64,000 nt of DNA from Patescibacteria group bacterium (GCA_041661505.1 JBAZUF010000004.1:68861-132860), one strand, 5' to 3'. Positions 34,055 through 43,259 are shown, numbered from the stretch's first letter. Program-made: numbers and translations. The notes: generated from the letters alone by a model not told the origin.

Positions 34055-36178
34055 ATGTTTTACCGCAAAGAGAAAAAAATAGATTTTTCCAAAGCTTTTG
34101 AAAAAGTTAAGGACGAAGCGGCCGATATTGGCGAGCTGGCAAAAATTGAGGCAAAAGAACTCGTTTCGTACGTAAAAAACCAGGAAGAAAAAATCGTATC
34201 CGAAGCCAGGGAAATCTATAGCGAAGCGCCGCTGGTTAAGAAAAAAAAGCAAAGAATTAAGGCGGCTAAAATCGTCCGGCTGGCCGCGCCGCTTTTAATC
34301 GGTTTTTTTGCCTTGTTCATAATTCTCGCCGGCATTTCTTTTTGGATGTTCGCGAAGATCTATTTTGAAGCCATGCGCGGCAAAGCCAATATCGAGCAAT
34401 CGGTCGCCTTCATTGGGCAGGGCGATTTTGAAAGTTCAATATCCTTTTCCAAACAAGCCGAAATAAATTTCAAGAACGCGCTCATCATGGCCAATGAAAT
34501 GGACGGGAGCGCCATAAAATACCTGCCGCTTATCGGCTCATCGGTTTCGGACGCTAAATATCTTCTTTCCACCGCCAGCATCTTAAGCCGCACTGTTACC
34601 GAAGGCGTTACAATTTCTAAAGGCATGGAGAGCTTGGTTAAAAAATCAAGCGCCAGTTTTTCAAAGTTCACTCCGGAAGAAAAAGGAAAAGTGCTTGCCT
34701 ATCTTTACCAAAGCTCCCCGGAACTGGTCGGGCTAAAGGCCAACCTTGATTTAGCCAGCCTGAACCTGGAAAAAATAAAATTTTCATTTCTTTTGTTTCC
34801 GATAAAAGGCAAAATTGAAAGCTTAAAAGAGCGCCTGGATCTGGGGCGGGAAATTTTAGAGCGGGCGATTCCGGCTTCGAAATTTTTACCCGAACTGGCC
34901 GGTTTTCCCGAAAAAAGGCGCTTTCTGTTTCTGCTCCAGAATTCCGACGAGCTCCGGCCTACCGGAGGATTTATCGGCAACTACGGAATCATCGAAACTC
35001 AAAACGGCGATATTGTCCGGTTCGACACCGACGACTCCTATCATCTTGATATGCCGGTCAAAGATAAATTGAATATCGATCCGCCGGCGCCGGTAAAAGA
35101 ATATCTGGCTAAGAAATGGTATTTTAGGGATTCTAACTGGCAGCCGGATTTTACCGCGGCCGCGAAGACGTCTGAATGGTTTTTTAAGCAGGAGTCCGGG
35201 CTGGCTCAAAGCAAGGAAAATACGGATTTTTCCGGAATTATCGCCATCACTCCGAAATTCATCACTGATTTATTGGCCATTACCGGACCGATTATCCTTG
35301 AGGGGCATGAATACAACAAAGACAATTTTTCCGAGCTTTTGGAATACCGGGTGGAAATGGGCTACAAGGAAATGGGGGAGTCTTCCTGGAACCGCAAACA
35401 GATGGTGGGAAAAATCGCCAATGAGCTGAAGACAAGGATTTTCGACCTGCCGATGGACCGCTGGGAAGAAATTTTTAAAGCCATAGCCAACAATATCGAT
35501 GAGAAAAATATTTTGGTCTACTTTAATGATTGCGACTTGGAAGAGCTGGCGGTCGAAGAGGGAATTGCCGGCGAGCAGAAAGCGGCCGATAACGATTATT
35601 TAATGGTCGTTGATTCCAATATGGGCTCGTTTAAGACCGATTCAGTAATGAATAAAAATATAATCTATAAGCTGGAAGAAAAAACCGGCGGCCTGTTCGC
35701 CAAAGTTACCGCCTATTATTCCCATCAGGGGACCAGAGACTGGCGGACAACCGATTACCGGACTTATACCAGGGTTTACGTTCCGCAGGGTTCAAGGCTG
35801 GTGAGTTCCGAAGGCTTTTTAAGCGAAGTTACGGCCGGACAGGACGAGGATTATATTGTTCAAACTTGCTCCAAAACCGAAAAAGACAAGATGTTCTTCG
35901 GCGGATTCTTGAAAATCGCGCCGGGAAAAATCGGGAATTTTACCATCGAATACCAGTTGCCGGACAGACTGTACAGGAAATTAGACCAGGGAGAATATAA
36001 ATTAACCCTGCAGAAACAGCCGGGCAACCGGGTATCAGAAGTCCAGGTGGATATAAAACCGGACCGGACTATAAAAGCCTACATCCCGACCGGATTTTCC
36101 GCGGACAAAATTTCAAGCGGCGAAATCATCTGGAAAACGGATTTAACTACGGACAAGTCTTTTGAGGTGAAATTATAA
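34055..36178 (+). CDS. DUF4012 domain-containing membrane-anchored protein
   Basis: N-terminal TM segment and the motif FLFLLQNSDELRPTGGFIGNYGI, which I recall as the DUF4012 hallmark (N-x-E-L-R-x-T-GG). 707 aa, with an envelope-locus context. Confidence 0.75.
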   Translation: MFYRKEKKIDFSKAFEKVKDEAADIGELAKIEAKELVSYVKNQEEKIVSEAREIYSEAPLVKKKKQRIKAAKIVRLAAPLLIGFFALFIILAGISFWMFAKIYFEAMRGKANIEQSVAFIGQGDFESSISFSKQAEINFKNALIMANEMDGSAIKYLPLIGSSVSDAKYLLSTASILSRTVTEGVTISKGMESLVKKSSASFSKFTPEEKGKVLAYLYQSSPELVGLKANLDLASLNLEKIKFSFLLFPIKGKIESLKERLDLGREILERAIPASKFLPELAGFPEKRRFLFLLQNSDELRPTGGFIGNYGIIETQNGDIVRFDTDDSYHLDMPVKDKLNIDPPAPVKEYLAKKWYFRDSNWQPDFTAAAKTSEWFFKQESGLAQSKENTDFSGIIAITPKFITDLLAITGPIILEGHEYNKDNFSELLEYRVEMGYKEMGESSWNRKQMVGKIANELKTRIFDLPMDRWEEIFKAIANNIDEKNILVYFNDCDLEELAVEEGIAGEQKAADNDYLMVVDSNMGSFKTDSVMNKNIIYKLEEKTGGLFAKVTAYYSHQGTRDWRTTDYRTYTRVYVPQGSRLVSSEGFLSEVTAGQDEDYIVQTCSKTEKDKMFFGGFLKIAPGKIGNFTIEYQLPDRLYRKLDQGEYKLTLQKQPGNRVSEVQVDIKPDRTIKAYIPTGFSADKISSGEIIWKTDLTTDKSFEVKL

Positions 36179-36194
36179 AACCGGAAAGGGAAAT

Positions 36195-37214
36195 TTGAAA
36201 AAATTTATGTTTATTAAAAGAGTCGGAATTGATTTAGGGACAACATACACGCTGGTTTACCTGCCGAAGCGCGGGATTGTAATAAACGAGCCTTCGGTCG
36301 TCGCGGTATCTATGGTGGACCGGAAAGTTTTGGCAGTGGGGAATGAAGCCAAGGATATGCTGGGCCGGACTCCGGACACGATTATCGCCCTGAAGCCGTT
36401 AAAAGACGGCGTGATTGCCGATTATCGGACTACCGAGGCGATGCTTAGGTATTTTATCAATAAAGCTACCGGCGGGATAAAACTTTTTCGGCCCGAAGTT
36501 ATGGTAGCCGTACCGGCGGGAATATCATCAACCGAGCGGCGCGCCGTAATCGACGCCACTATTGCCGCCGGCGCCAAAGCCGCCTACATAATTAAAGAGC
36601 CGGTGGCGGCCGCGATCGGCGCCGACATCCCGATCGGCTCGGCTTCAGGGCACATGATAATCGATATCGGCGGCGGAACTTCGGAAATGGCGGTAATATC
36701 TTTGGGCGGAATCGTCACCTCAACTTCAGTCCGGGTCGGCGGCAATAAATTCGACGCGGCCTTAATCGAATTTATCAGAAGAAAATATAATTTGGCGATC
36801 GGCGAGCGCACGGCCGAAGACGTAAAAATAAATATCGGATCGGCTCTATACTTGGAAGACAAACTAACCATGGAAGTCCGGGGCCGCGATTTAATAACCG
36901 GACTGCCGCGCACTATCACCGTGAAATCGGATGATGTTACCGAGGCCATCCAAAATGAACTGGAAGCGATCGTCAATTCGGCTAAAAGAGTCTTGCACGA
37001 CACGCCGCCGGAATTAGCCGCCGATATTATGGACAAGGGGATCGTTATGTCCGGCGGAAGCTCACTTTTGCGAAATATCGACCAGCTGGTCTCCCGGACC
37101 ACCGGCGTTCCGGCTTACGTCGCTGATGATTCGCTTTTATGCGTCGCTAAAGGAACCGGAATCGCGCTAGATAATTTGGATTCATACAAAAGATCTATCC
37201 TGGCTACTAAATAA
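36195..37214 (+). CDS. mreB: Rod shape-determining protein MreB
   Basis: GIDLGTTYTLVY, NEPSVVA, DIGGGTSEMAVISLGG and GIVMSGGSSLLRNID motifs. The start is either TTG 36195 or ATG 36207. Confidence 0.93.
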   Translation: MKKFMFIKRVGIDLGTTYTLVYLPKRGIVINEPSVVAVSMVDRKVLAVGNEAKDMLGRTPDTIIALKPLKDGVIADYRTTEAMLRYFINKATGGIKLFRPEVMVAVPAGISSTERRAVIDATIAAGAKAAYIIKEPVAAAIGADIPIGSASGHMIIDIGGGTSEMAVISLGGIVTSTSVRVGGNKFDAALIEFIRRKYNLAIGERTAEDVKINIGSALYLEDKLTMEVRGRDLITGLPRTITVKSDDVTEAIQNELEAIVNSAKRVLHDTPPELAADIMDKGIVMSGGSSLLRNIDQLVSRTTGVPAYVADDSLLCVAKGTGIALDNLDSYKRSILATK

Positions 37215-37220
37215 TATAAA

Positions 37221-38525
37221 ATGTTAATTGGCATTGACGCGTCCAGGGCAAACCGCGAGCACCGAGGAGGGCCTGAATGGTATTCGTACTACTTGATAAA
37301 ATACTTTGCCCGCCTGGACAAAAAAAACCAATATATCCTTTTTTCCGACCGGCCGCTTACCGGCGGGCTTATGGATTTGACATGCCCGGAGCTAGCAAAA
37401 AATCCGGCCGGCGAAATAAAATTAGACCGCAGAGGCTTTCAGGCTATAAAGAGTCCCTATAATAATTTCCGGGCCAAGGTTCTTTCCTGGCCTTTTAATT
37501 TTTTATGGACTCAAGGCCGGCTGTCGATTGCGATGCTAAAAAGAAAAATTGTCCGGCTGGACGCCCTTTTTATTCCGGCCCACACATTGCCTTTTTTCCA
37601 CCCCGGCCGATCGATTGTTACTATCCATGATATCGGCTTTCAGCATGACCGCCGCTTTTATGATTTTGAGCGGGAAGGACCGGAAAACCTCCGGGTCCAA
37701 AGCCTAACCGACCTTTTCGTCCGGATTTTTACTTTAGGAAAATATGGGGCCAATTCTTTAGACTACCAAAACTGGGCGGTAGGTTATGCTTTACGGCACG
37801 CGAAAATAATCCTTTGCCCGTCCGAATTTACTAAAAAAGAGATCATGAGGATTTATAAGGCGCGGGGAGAAAAAATTAAAGTTATCGCTAATGGCTATAA
37901 TAATGAAGCTTATAACGCCGAGGCCAGCGCAACCCGCGTTGCGGCGGCTTTGGAAAAATACGGCCTAAAGAAGCCGTATTTTTTTTATTGCGGCCGCCTG
38001 GAAAGAAAGAAAAATATTTCCGCTTTGGTTGAAGCCTACGGGATCATGAAAAATAAGCATCCCGAGGTAGAGCATAAATTGGTCCTGGCCGGAGACGCCG
38101 GATCCGGTTATGATGAAGTGAATTTTATGGCTTCCGAGTATGACGTGGAAAAGGAGGTAATTATGACGGGCTGGGTTGAAGAAAGGGATTTGCCGTTTTT
38201 ATATAAGGGCGCCGACGCCTTTGTTTTTCCGTCGCGCTATGAAGGCTTCGGCATTCCGCTTTTGCAGGCTATGGCGACCGGCATTCCGATTGCCGCTTCT
38301 GATTTTGGTCCGATTCCTGAAGTAGTCGGCGACGCGGCGTTGTTTTACAATAGTGAAGATCCCTACGCCATGGCCGAGCGCCTTTATGAAATAATAATTG
38401 ACCAGGAATTAAGGAAAAAATTGATTGCCCGGGGGCTTTCGCGGGCCAAGGATTTTAGCTGGGAAAAATGCGCCCGGGAGACGCTTGAAATTATCGAAGG
38501 CTTGGCCAGACGAAATATCAGTTGA
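37221..38525 (+). CDS. Glycosyltransferase family 4 (GT-B)
   Basis: C-terminal E-x7-E region FPSRYEGFGIPLLQAMATGIPIAASDFGPIPEVVGDAA. Confidence 0.85.
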   Translation: MLIGIDASRANREHRGGPEWYSYYLIKYFARLDKKNQYILFSDRPLTGGLMDLTCPELAKNPAGEIKLDRRGFQAIKSPYNNFRAKVLSWPFNFLWTQGRLSIAMLKRKIVRLDALFIPAHTLPFFHPGRSIVTIHDIGFQHDRRFYDFEREGPENLRVQSLTDLFVRIFTLGKYGANSLDYQNWAVGYALRHAKIILCPSEFTKKEIMRIYKARGEKIKVIANGYNNEAYNAEASATRVAAALEKYGLKKPYFFYCGRLERKKNISALVEAYGIMKNKHPEVEHKLVLAGDAGSGYDEVNFMASEYDVEKEVIMTGWVEERDLPFLYKGADAFVFPSRYEGFGIPLLQAMATGIPIAASDFGPIPEVVGDAALFYNSEDPYAMAERLYEIIIDQELRKKLIARGLSRAKDFSWEKCARETLEIIEGLARRNIS

Positions 38526-38559
38526 CAGAATTTTTAGATGTGGTAGTATAATAATAATC

Positions 38560-38685
38560 AGCCGCAGAAAGCAGGCGCAGAGGTAAGTCCTGCCGAGGCA
38601 AAAACATTCGGATTTTAGGATGTTTGTTGTACTCGCACTGTGGTTATCCACAGTTTTTTATTTAATCTAAGCTAAATTTTAAAAT
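38560..38685 (+). promoter_or_regulatory. Probable ribosomal protein L10 leader / attenuator
   Basis: TTGACA (overlapping the GT4 stop) and TAGTAT/TATAAT lie upstream. The structured leader (gcagg...cctgc and aaacat...atgttt helices) ends in the hairpin ctgtgg-ttat-ccacag plus TTTTTT (38638-38659), 27 nt before the rplJ ATG. Confidence 0.4.
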
Positions 38686-39216
38686 ATGCCAAAAACCAGA
38701 GAGCAAAAATCGGAAATTTTAAGGACCCTAATAGAAAAAATAAAAAAATCCAAATCTTTATTTTTCACCAAATACACCGGCATGACGGTGGAAGACAGTG
38801 AAAAGTTAAGGAATGATTTGAAAAAAAACGACGCGGAATTTTTAGTAGCTAAGAAAACTCTTATTAACCTGGCTTTAAAAGAAAATAAGATTGAGGGAGT
38901 GGACGCGAAGGCGCTTGACGGCCAGGTAGGTTTGATTTTCGGCTACGGCGATGAGATCGTCCCGGTAAGGGAAGCCGACAAGTATGCCCGGGAAAAGGAT
39001 GCTAAGCTCCAGTTTTTGGCCGGCATCTTAGACGGGAAACTGATTAGCGCTATGGAGGTAAAGCAGTTAGCAAATCTGCCTTCCAAACAGGAATTGTATG
39101 CCAGGCTTGTCGGATCGATTAATTCTCCTGTTTCCGGATTCGTAAACGCCTTAGCCGGCAACATTCGGAATTTGGTTTATGCCTTAAAAGCGATTGAGGA
39201 AAAAAAGACCAGTTAA
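38686..39216 (+). CDS. rplJ: 50S ribosomal protein L10
   Basis: 176 aa with a typical L10 N-terminus (REQKSEIL...LFFTKYTGMTVEDSEKLRNDLKK), followed by rplL. Confidence 0.93.
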   Translation: MPKTREQKSEILRTLIEKIKKSKSLFFTKYTGMTVEDSEKLRNDLKKNDAEFLVAKKTLINLALKENKIEGVDAKALDGQVGLIFGYGDEIVPVREADKYAREKDAKLQFLAGILDGKLISAMEVKQLANLPSKQELYARLVGSINSPVSGFVNALAGNIRNLVYALKAIEEKKTS

Positions 39217-39332
39217 TATAATTAACAATTTAATATAATTAATTTACAATTAGCTTTAAAAGCATTTTTAATAATTACGAATTAATGAATTATTGAAAAT
39301 TGCGAATTGATAATTGATAATTAAAAAACAAT

Positions 39333-39779
39333 ATGGCAGACGAAATCAAAAATCCCGCCTCCGAAACTGCGGCGGGCAAGGAAGAAACTCCGGTCGAAGT
39401 GCCGGAAAAATTCAAAACTTTAGTTGAAACCGTCGAAAAAATGTCGGTGCTCGACTTGGCCGAATTGGTCAAAATTTTAGAAAAGAAATTCGGCGTATCC
39501 GCCGCCGCTCCGGCTATGATGATGGCCGCGCCGGGCGCCGGAAACGGAGCCCCGGCCGCTGAAGAAAAGACCAGCTTTGACGTTGAGATTACCGAAGCCG
39601 GCGCCAATAAAATCGCCGTCATTAAAGTAGTCCGCGAAGTCACCGAGATGGGATTAAAAGACGCTAAAGACTTGGTTGACGGAGCCCCGAAAATGATCAA
39701 AGAAGGCATAAAGAAAGAGGATGCCGAGGCTATAAAAAAGAAATTGGAAGAAGCCGGCGCCAAAGTAACTTTAAAATAA
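39333..39779 (+). CDS. rplL: 50S ribosomal protein L7/L12
   Basis: [21 protein letters not shown], an Ala-rich hinge, and C-terminal [52 protein letters not shown]. Confidence 0.95.
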   Translation: MADEIKNPASETAAGKEETPVEVPEKFKTLVETVEKMSVLDLAELVKILEKKFGVSAAAPAMMMAAPGAGNGAPAAEEKTSFDVEITEAGANKIAVIKVVREVTEMGLKDAKDLVDGAPKMIKEGIKKEDAEAIKKKLEEAGAKVTLK

Positions 39780-39798
39780 GGCTACAACCGCAAGTTTT

Positions 39799-39832
39799 AA
39801 AACACCCTGCTTATTTTGAGCGGGGTGTTTTG
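39799..39832 (+). terminator. Probable terminator after rplL
   Basis: aacaccc...gggtgtt stem followed by ttg. The T-run partly lies within the stem. Confidence 0.5.
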
Positions 39833-39901
39833 CATATTGCAAGCCATAAAATAATAAAATTGTCCGCGAAAAAAATTTCGGAACAGTCTGTTATTTTTCT
39901 A

Positions 39902-39952
39902 ACAAAATTTCAAACTCCCCCGCAAATGCGGGGTCAAACAGTGAAATTTTGT
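39902..39952. repeat. Composite nested hairpin containing the CCCCGCA...TGCGGGG palindrome
   Basis: Outer 11-bp stem acaaaatttca (39902-39912) pairs with tgaaattttgt (39942-39952). The inner stem is ccccgc-aaat-gcgggg (39918-39933). The element sits between convergent rplL and the 753-aa gene. Confidence 0.55.
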
Positions 39953-40005
39953 AAAGAAAAATTCCAGCCTGTTTTTCCCTCAATTTTTTAATGCGCGCAA
40001 TTTTA

Positions 40006-42267
40006 TTATTTTATAGTTTGCAGATCAACCTCGTATACAATCGCGCCGTTTAAGAAATAAATTTTTTTAGCTTTTTCGTCGACGAAAAAGTCTTTTAACT
40101 TATCGAACTTGTCTGACTGGTATTGCATGGCGTATTGCCCGGATTTGTCAAAGACTATAAGCCGCCTATTTTTAGCTTCAAGGATGTAGATATACCCGCC
40201 GTCCGAGGGCGTAACCTGGATGGCATCCGCTTCTTCAATCGGCCGGGTTAAGGCGTCAAGCTTTAAGACCACGGATTTTCCCGAGTAAAATTTTTGGATA
40301 TAGCCGTCCTTATAAAGCACGTAAACATTGCCGTCGATATCAATATCCACCGCGTCATTAAAATTAACCGCGTCAGTAAGCCAATTCATGCTCTCGCTAT
40401 AGGCGGCGCCGTTTTGCTTAAAGCGGACAATCTCATTTTTAGTTTTAGCTAAAAAGTAAAGCCGGTTATTATAAATGGAAAAATTTCCTAAGCTGGAAGT
40501 GTCCGGATAGTCAAGCGGCCGGCTTTCCCATTTCTCCGTGGCCGGATCTAATGCCGCTATTATCCCCCCGGTTTTAAACAGCGCGCTCCCGCCTTTATCC
40601 AGGCTCGGAGAAGACAACCCTTGGTATTCCGCGGGCAGGGGGAGAGAGGTGGCGGCTTTTCCCAAGTCGACTTTAAAAAGAAGCGAGTTGGGAGAATCGA
40701 CCGAAAATATCTTATTGCCCGATTTAATGATATTGGAAGGATGGGGCGCGGCCGCCACTAAGGAAAAATTGGCAATCTCTTTGGGATTTTCAATATTGAC
40801 CAGATGGCTTAACTTAATTTCTTCGGCGTCGAATTTGGCCTTTAGTTCGGCATACTTATTTTGCTGGTCTTTTGTCTTCTGGGGAATCTGGCCAAGCAGG
40901 TTTTTTATTTCCAATAATAGCTCCTTGGCGCCTTTTTCGTTGCCGTAAAGCAGGTTAGCTTCAATCTGGTTCTGCTTTTGCGCGACATCTTCGGCCAATT
41001 GAGTAAAATTCCTTTCCTCTTCGGCGCCTTTTTTCTTATTAGAAAGCCAGAAAAGGTTTAGCGAAAAAAGGATTAAACAAATAATCCCCGCGCCAAGCAA
41101 TCCTTTGCTTATCGGTTTTAAATTTTTTAGCCAAATTACTCCGCTTATTATTGCCGCGATGGTTTTTTTTCCGGCGCGGACAATCGAAGCCAAAGCGGCG
41201 CGCGGCGAAAAGCGGATTTTTGACGCGTGATACCAGCCAAACCCGGCTAGCCTCATCGCCGCCGTCTTCGTCCCCTGGAAGGCTTTTTTCGGAGAAAACG
41301 GATTAGCCCTTCTTTTTGAAATTATTTTTTCTCCCAATAAGATAAACCGGTCGTTTTTCGGAAGAAATTTTTTCGACCGGGATTGAAGGGCTGAAATAAT
41401 TTTTTGCCCCCATTTTTTAACCGGGATCAATCCGGACGGGCTTAAGAAGGTTTCGGTTTGCTTTTCGGTCTTATCGAGATAAGAAAGAGAAGCGCTCGGC
41501 TCGGCCGGGCCGTTAATCAAGAGGCTTTCCTGGGTTGTTTTTTCAGTTTTTAAATTTTTTATAATTAACCCAAGAAAGGAAGAGTAGGTGTTGATGTTTG
41601 ATAAGTCGTTTTTTATTTGTTCGGCGGCGCCGGCCGGAGGCAGGGTGGCGATAATGTCCGATAATTTTTTTTCGCTAAAGTATTCGGGCAAGGCTTCGTT
41701 AGTGAAGAAGGCATAGGATCCGCGCCTCAAGGGCCCGGAAATGATATGGGAAAAAAGGTATTTTTTTGATTCGGTTTCCGGAACCGAGCCCTTGCTTTCA
41801 TCCAGGATATTCATGAGCTTGTTCTTCAGCTGGTCTTTTTCTAAAACTTTGGCGACCAGGAAGGCTTTATTTTTCCCGGTAACGGAAAAATACAAAAAGT
41901 CCTTATGGACTACCCCGACGGTAAGATTGAAATTTTTTCGGATAACCGGGATTTTCTGCTCCGAAGAAAATTTAACCAGCGCTTTGTTAGTATCGGCCAG
42001 CGCGGCTTCCAAGAGATGGTCGATTTTTAAGAGGCCGGCCTCCTTAAAAAAGTATCTTTCGTTTTGATAATAATTTTTCGAAATCTCGGCCAATAGAAAA
42101 TTAATAAGCTTCAAGCCGTCGTTCCGGTTTGAATCTATTTCCACCAGCACGAAAAGCTTTCCCATTCGCAATTCCTTATCAACATCCACTTCGGCAAGAA
42201 AAATATCGCTAAAAGACTTGGCATTGCCCCGGGAAGCCAGGTTTATTTGCGCAAATTTATAATTCAT
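40006..42267 (-). CDS. Membrane protein with cytoplasmic N-terminal domain, coiled coil and C-terminal beta-propeller-like repeats, unknown function
   Basis: 753 aa with a TM segment near residues 370-400 (LLGAGIICLILFSLNLFWL). C-terminal repeats such as NRLYFLAKTKNEIVRF, GNVYVLYKDGYIQKF and GYIYILEAKNRRLIVFD resemble NHL/propeller blades. Confidence 0.7.
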   Translation of the reverse strand: MNYKFAQINLASRGNAKSFSDIFLAEVDVDKELRMGKLFVLVEIDSNRNDGLKLINFLLAEISKNYYQNERYFFKEAGLLKIDHLLEAALADTNKALVKFSSEQKIPVIRKNFNLTVGVVHKDFLYFSVTGKNKAFLVAKVLEKDQLKNKLMNILDESKGSVPETESKKYLFSHIISGPLRRGSYAFFTNEALPEYFSEKKLSDIIATLPPAGAAEQIKNDLSNINTYSSFLGLIIKNLKTEKTTQESLLINGPAEPSASLSYLDKTEKQTETFLSPSGLIPVKKWGQKIISALQSRSKKFLPKNDRFILLGEKIISKRRANPFSPKKAFQGTKTAAMRLAGFGWYHASKIRFSPRAALASIVRAGKKTIAAIISGVIWLKNLKPISKGLLGAGIICLILFSLNLFWLSNKKKGAEEERNFTQLAEDVAQKQNQIEANLLYGNEKGAKELLLEIKNLLGQIPQKTKDQQNKYAELKAKFDAEEIKLSHLVNIENPKEIANFSLVAAAPHPSNIIKSGNKIFSVDSPNSLLFKVDLGKAATSLPLPAEYQGLSSPSLDKGGSALFKTGGIIAALDPATEKWESRPLDYPDTSSLGNFSIYNNRLYFLAKTKNEIVRFKQNGAAYSESMNWLTDAVNFNDAVDIDIDGNVYVLYKDGYIQKFYSGKSVVLKLDALTRPIEEADAIQVTPSDGGYIYILEAKNRRLIVFDKSGQYAMQYQSDKFDKLKDFFVDEKAKKIYFLNGAIVYEVDLQTIK

Positions 42268-42389
42268 AATAGTTTTGACTGTTTACTGGTTTTATTATAC
42301 TATAAATACATAAATAGATAAAAGGGCCGCCCGATACGATTTTTGCCGGCAGAGCTTGGGCGGATAAAATTTGTGAACAGGGAAATATT

Positions 42390-43073
42390 ATGCTTACAAA
42401 ACTTTTCGGATCCAAAGCAAGAGTTTCCATACTAAAACTTTTTTTTCTTAACCCGAAAGAAAAGTTTTATGTCCGCCAAATAGCCAGGCGCCTTGGCCTG
42501 CAGGTCAATGCCGCTAAAAGGGAATTGGATAATTTGGAAAAGCTGGGCCTTTTAAAATCGCAATTAGAAACCGTAAATCCGAACGAATCGAAGCCGGATG
42601 TGGATACAGAGCCGGATAATGGGAAAAAATCCGGCAAAGCTCCAATAAAAATTTTGGCCGGCATAACCCAGGCAAGAACGGCTCCCAGCCAAATAAGGAA
42701 ATATTACCAAATCAATCTGGATTTTGTTTTACTGGATGAACTAAAGAATCTCATTATCCACGCCCAAGTGCTTTATGAAAAAGATTTTACGGAAAAAATC
42801 AAAAAAGCCGGATTGATTAAACTTTTGATTTTTACCGGCGTCTTTGCCGGAAACGGGAATTCTCCGGTTGATATTCTGATTGTCGGCAAAGTCAACAAGG
42901 GAAAATTAAATCTTTTAATCGGCGAAATGGAAAAAGAGCTGGAAAAAGAGCTGAACTTTACCGTTATGGACTATAATGAGTTTAAGTACCGGAGAGATAT
43001 TACCGACGTTTTTCTTTATAATATACTGGAAGGAAAGAAGATGGTTATTATTGACGAAACCGGCCAGATGTAG
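42390..43073 (+). CDS. Putative winged-helix transcriptional regulator with uncharacterised C-terminal domain
   Basis: The N-terminus SKARVSILKLFFLNPKEKFYVRQIARRLGLQVNAAKRELDNLEKLGLLKS fits an ArsR/MarR-type wHTH. Confidence 0.6.
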   Translation: MLTKLFGSKARVSILKLFFLNPKEKFYVRQIARRLGLQVNAAKRELDNLEKLGLLKSQLETVNPNESKPDVDTEPDNGKKSGKAPIKILAGITQARTAPSQIRKYYQINLDFVLLDELKNLIIHAQVLYEKDFTEKIKKAGLIKLLIFTGVFAGNGNSPVDILIVGKVNKGKLNLLIGEMEKELEKELNFTVMDYNEFKYRRDITDVFLYNILEGKKMVIIDETGQM

Positions 43074-43259
43074 CGCAATATAAAATCATTATTAGATAAA
43101 TCTTCTAATATTAGCTCAAATTTACCAATAATTTGGGCTTTTTGTGTATATTTGATTTTTTTAAAAAATAGTGTTCTTGTAGTGTTGACTTTTGGACTCG
43201 AAAATGATAAGGTGATGAGTCAAATTAAATAACGCAAAAGATAATTATTTCCAATTTTT

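Noticed and set aside
39290-39763. Long antisense ORFs opposite well-supported genes (for example 157 aa opposite rplL, 172 aa opposite mreB at 36584..37102, 219 aa opposite the giant gene at 48394..49053, and 172 aa at 15418..15936)
   Set aside because: Each mirrors a strongly supported sense gene. Their low-complexity Ser/Phe/Leu/Ala-rich translations are the expected by-product of Lys/Glu/Ala-rich sense codons.
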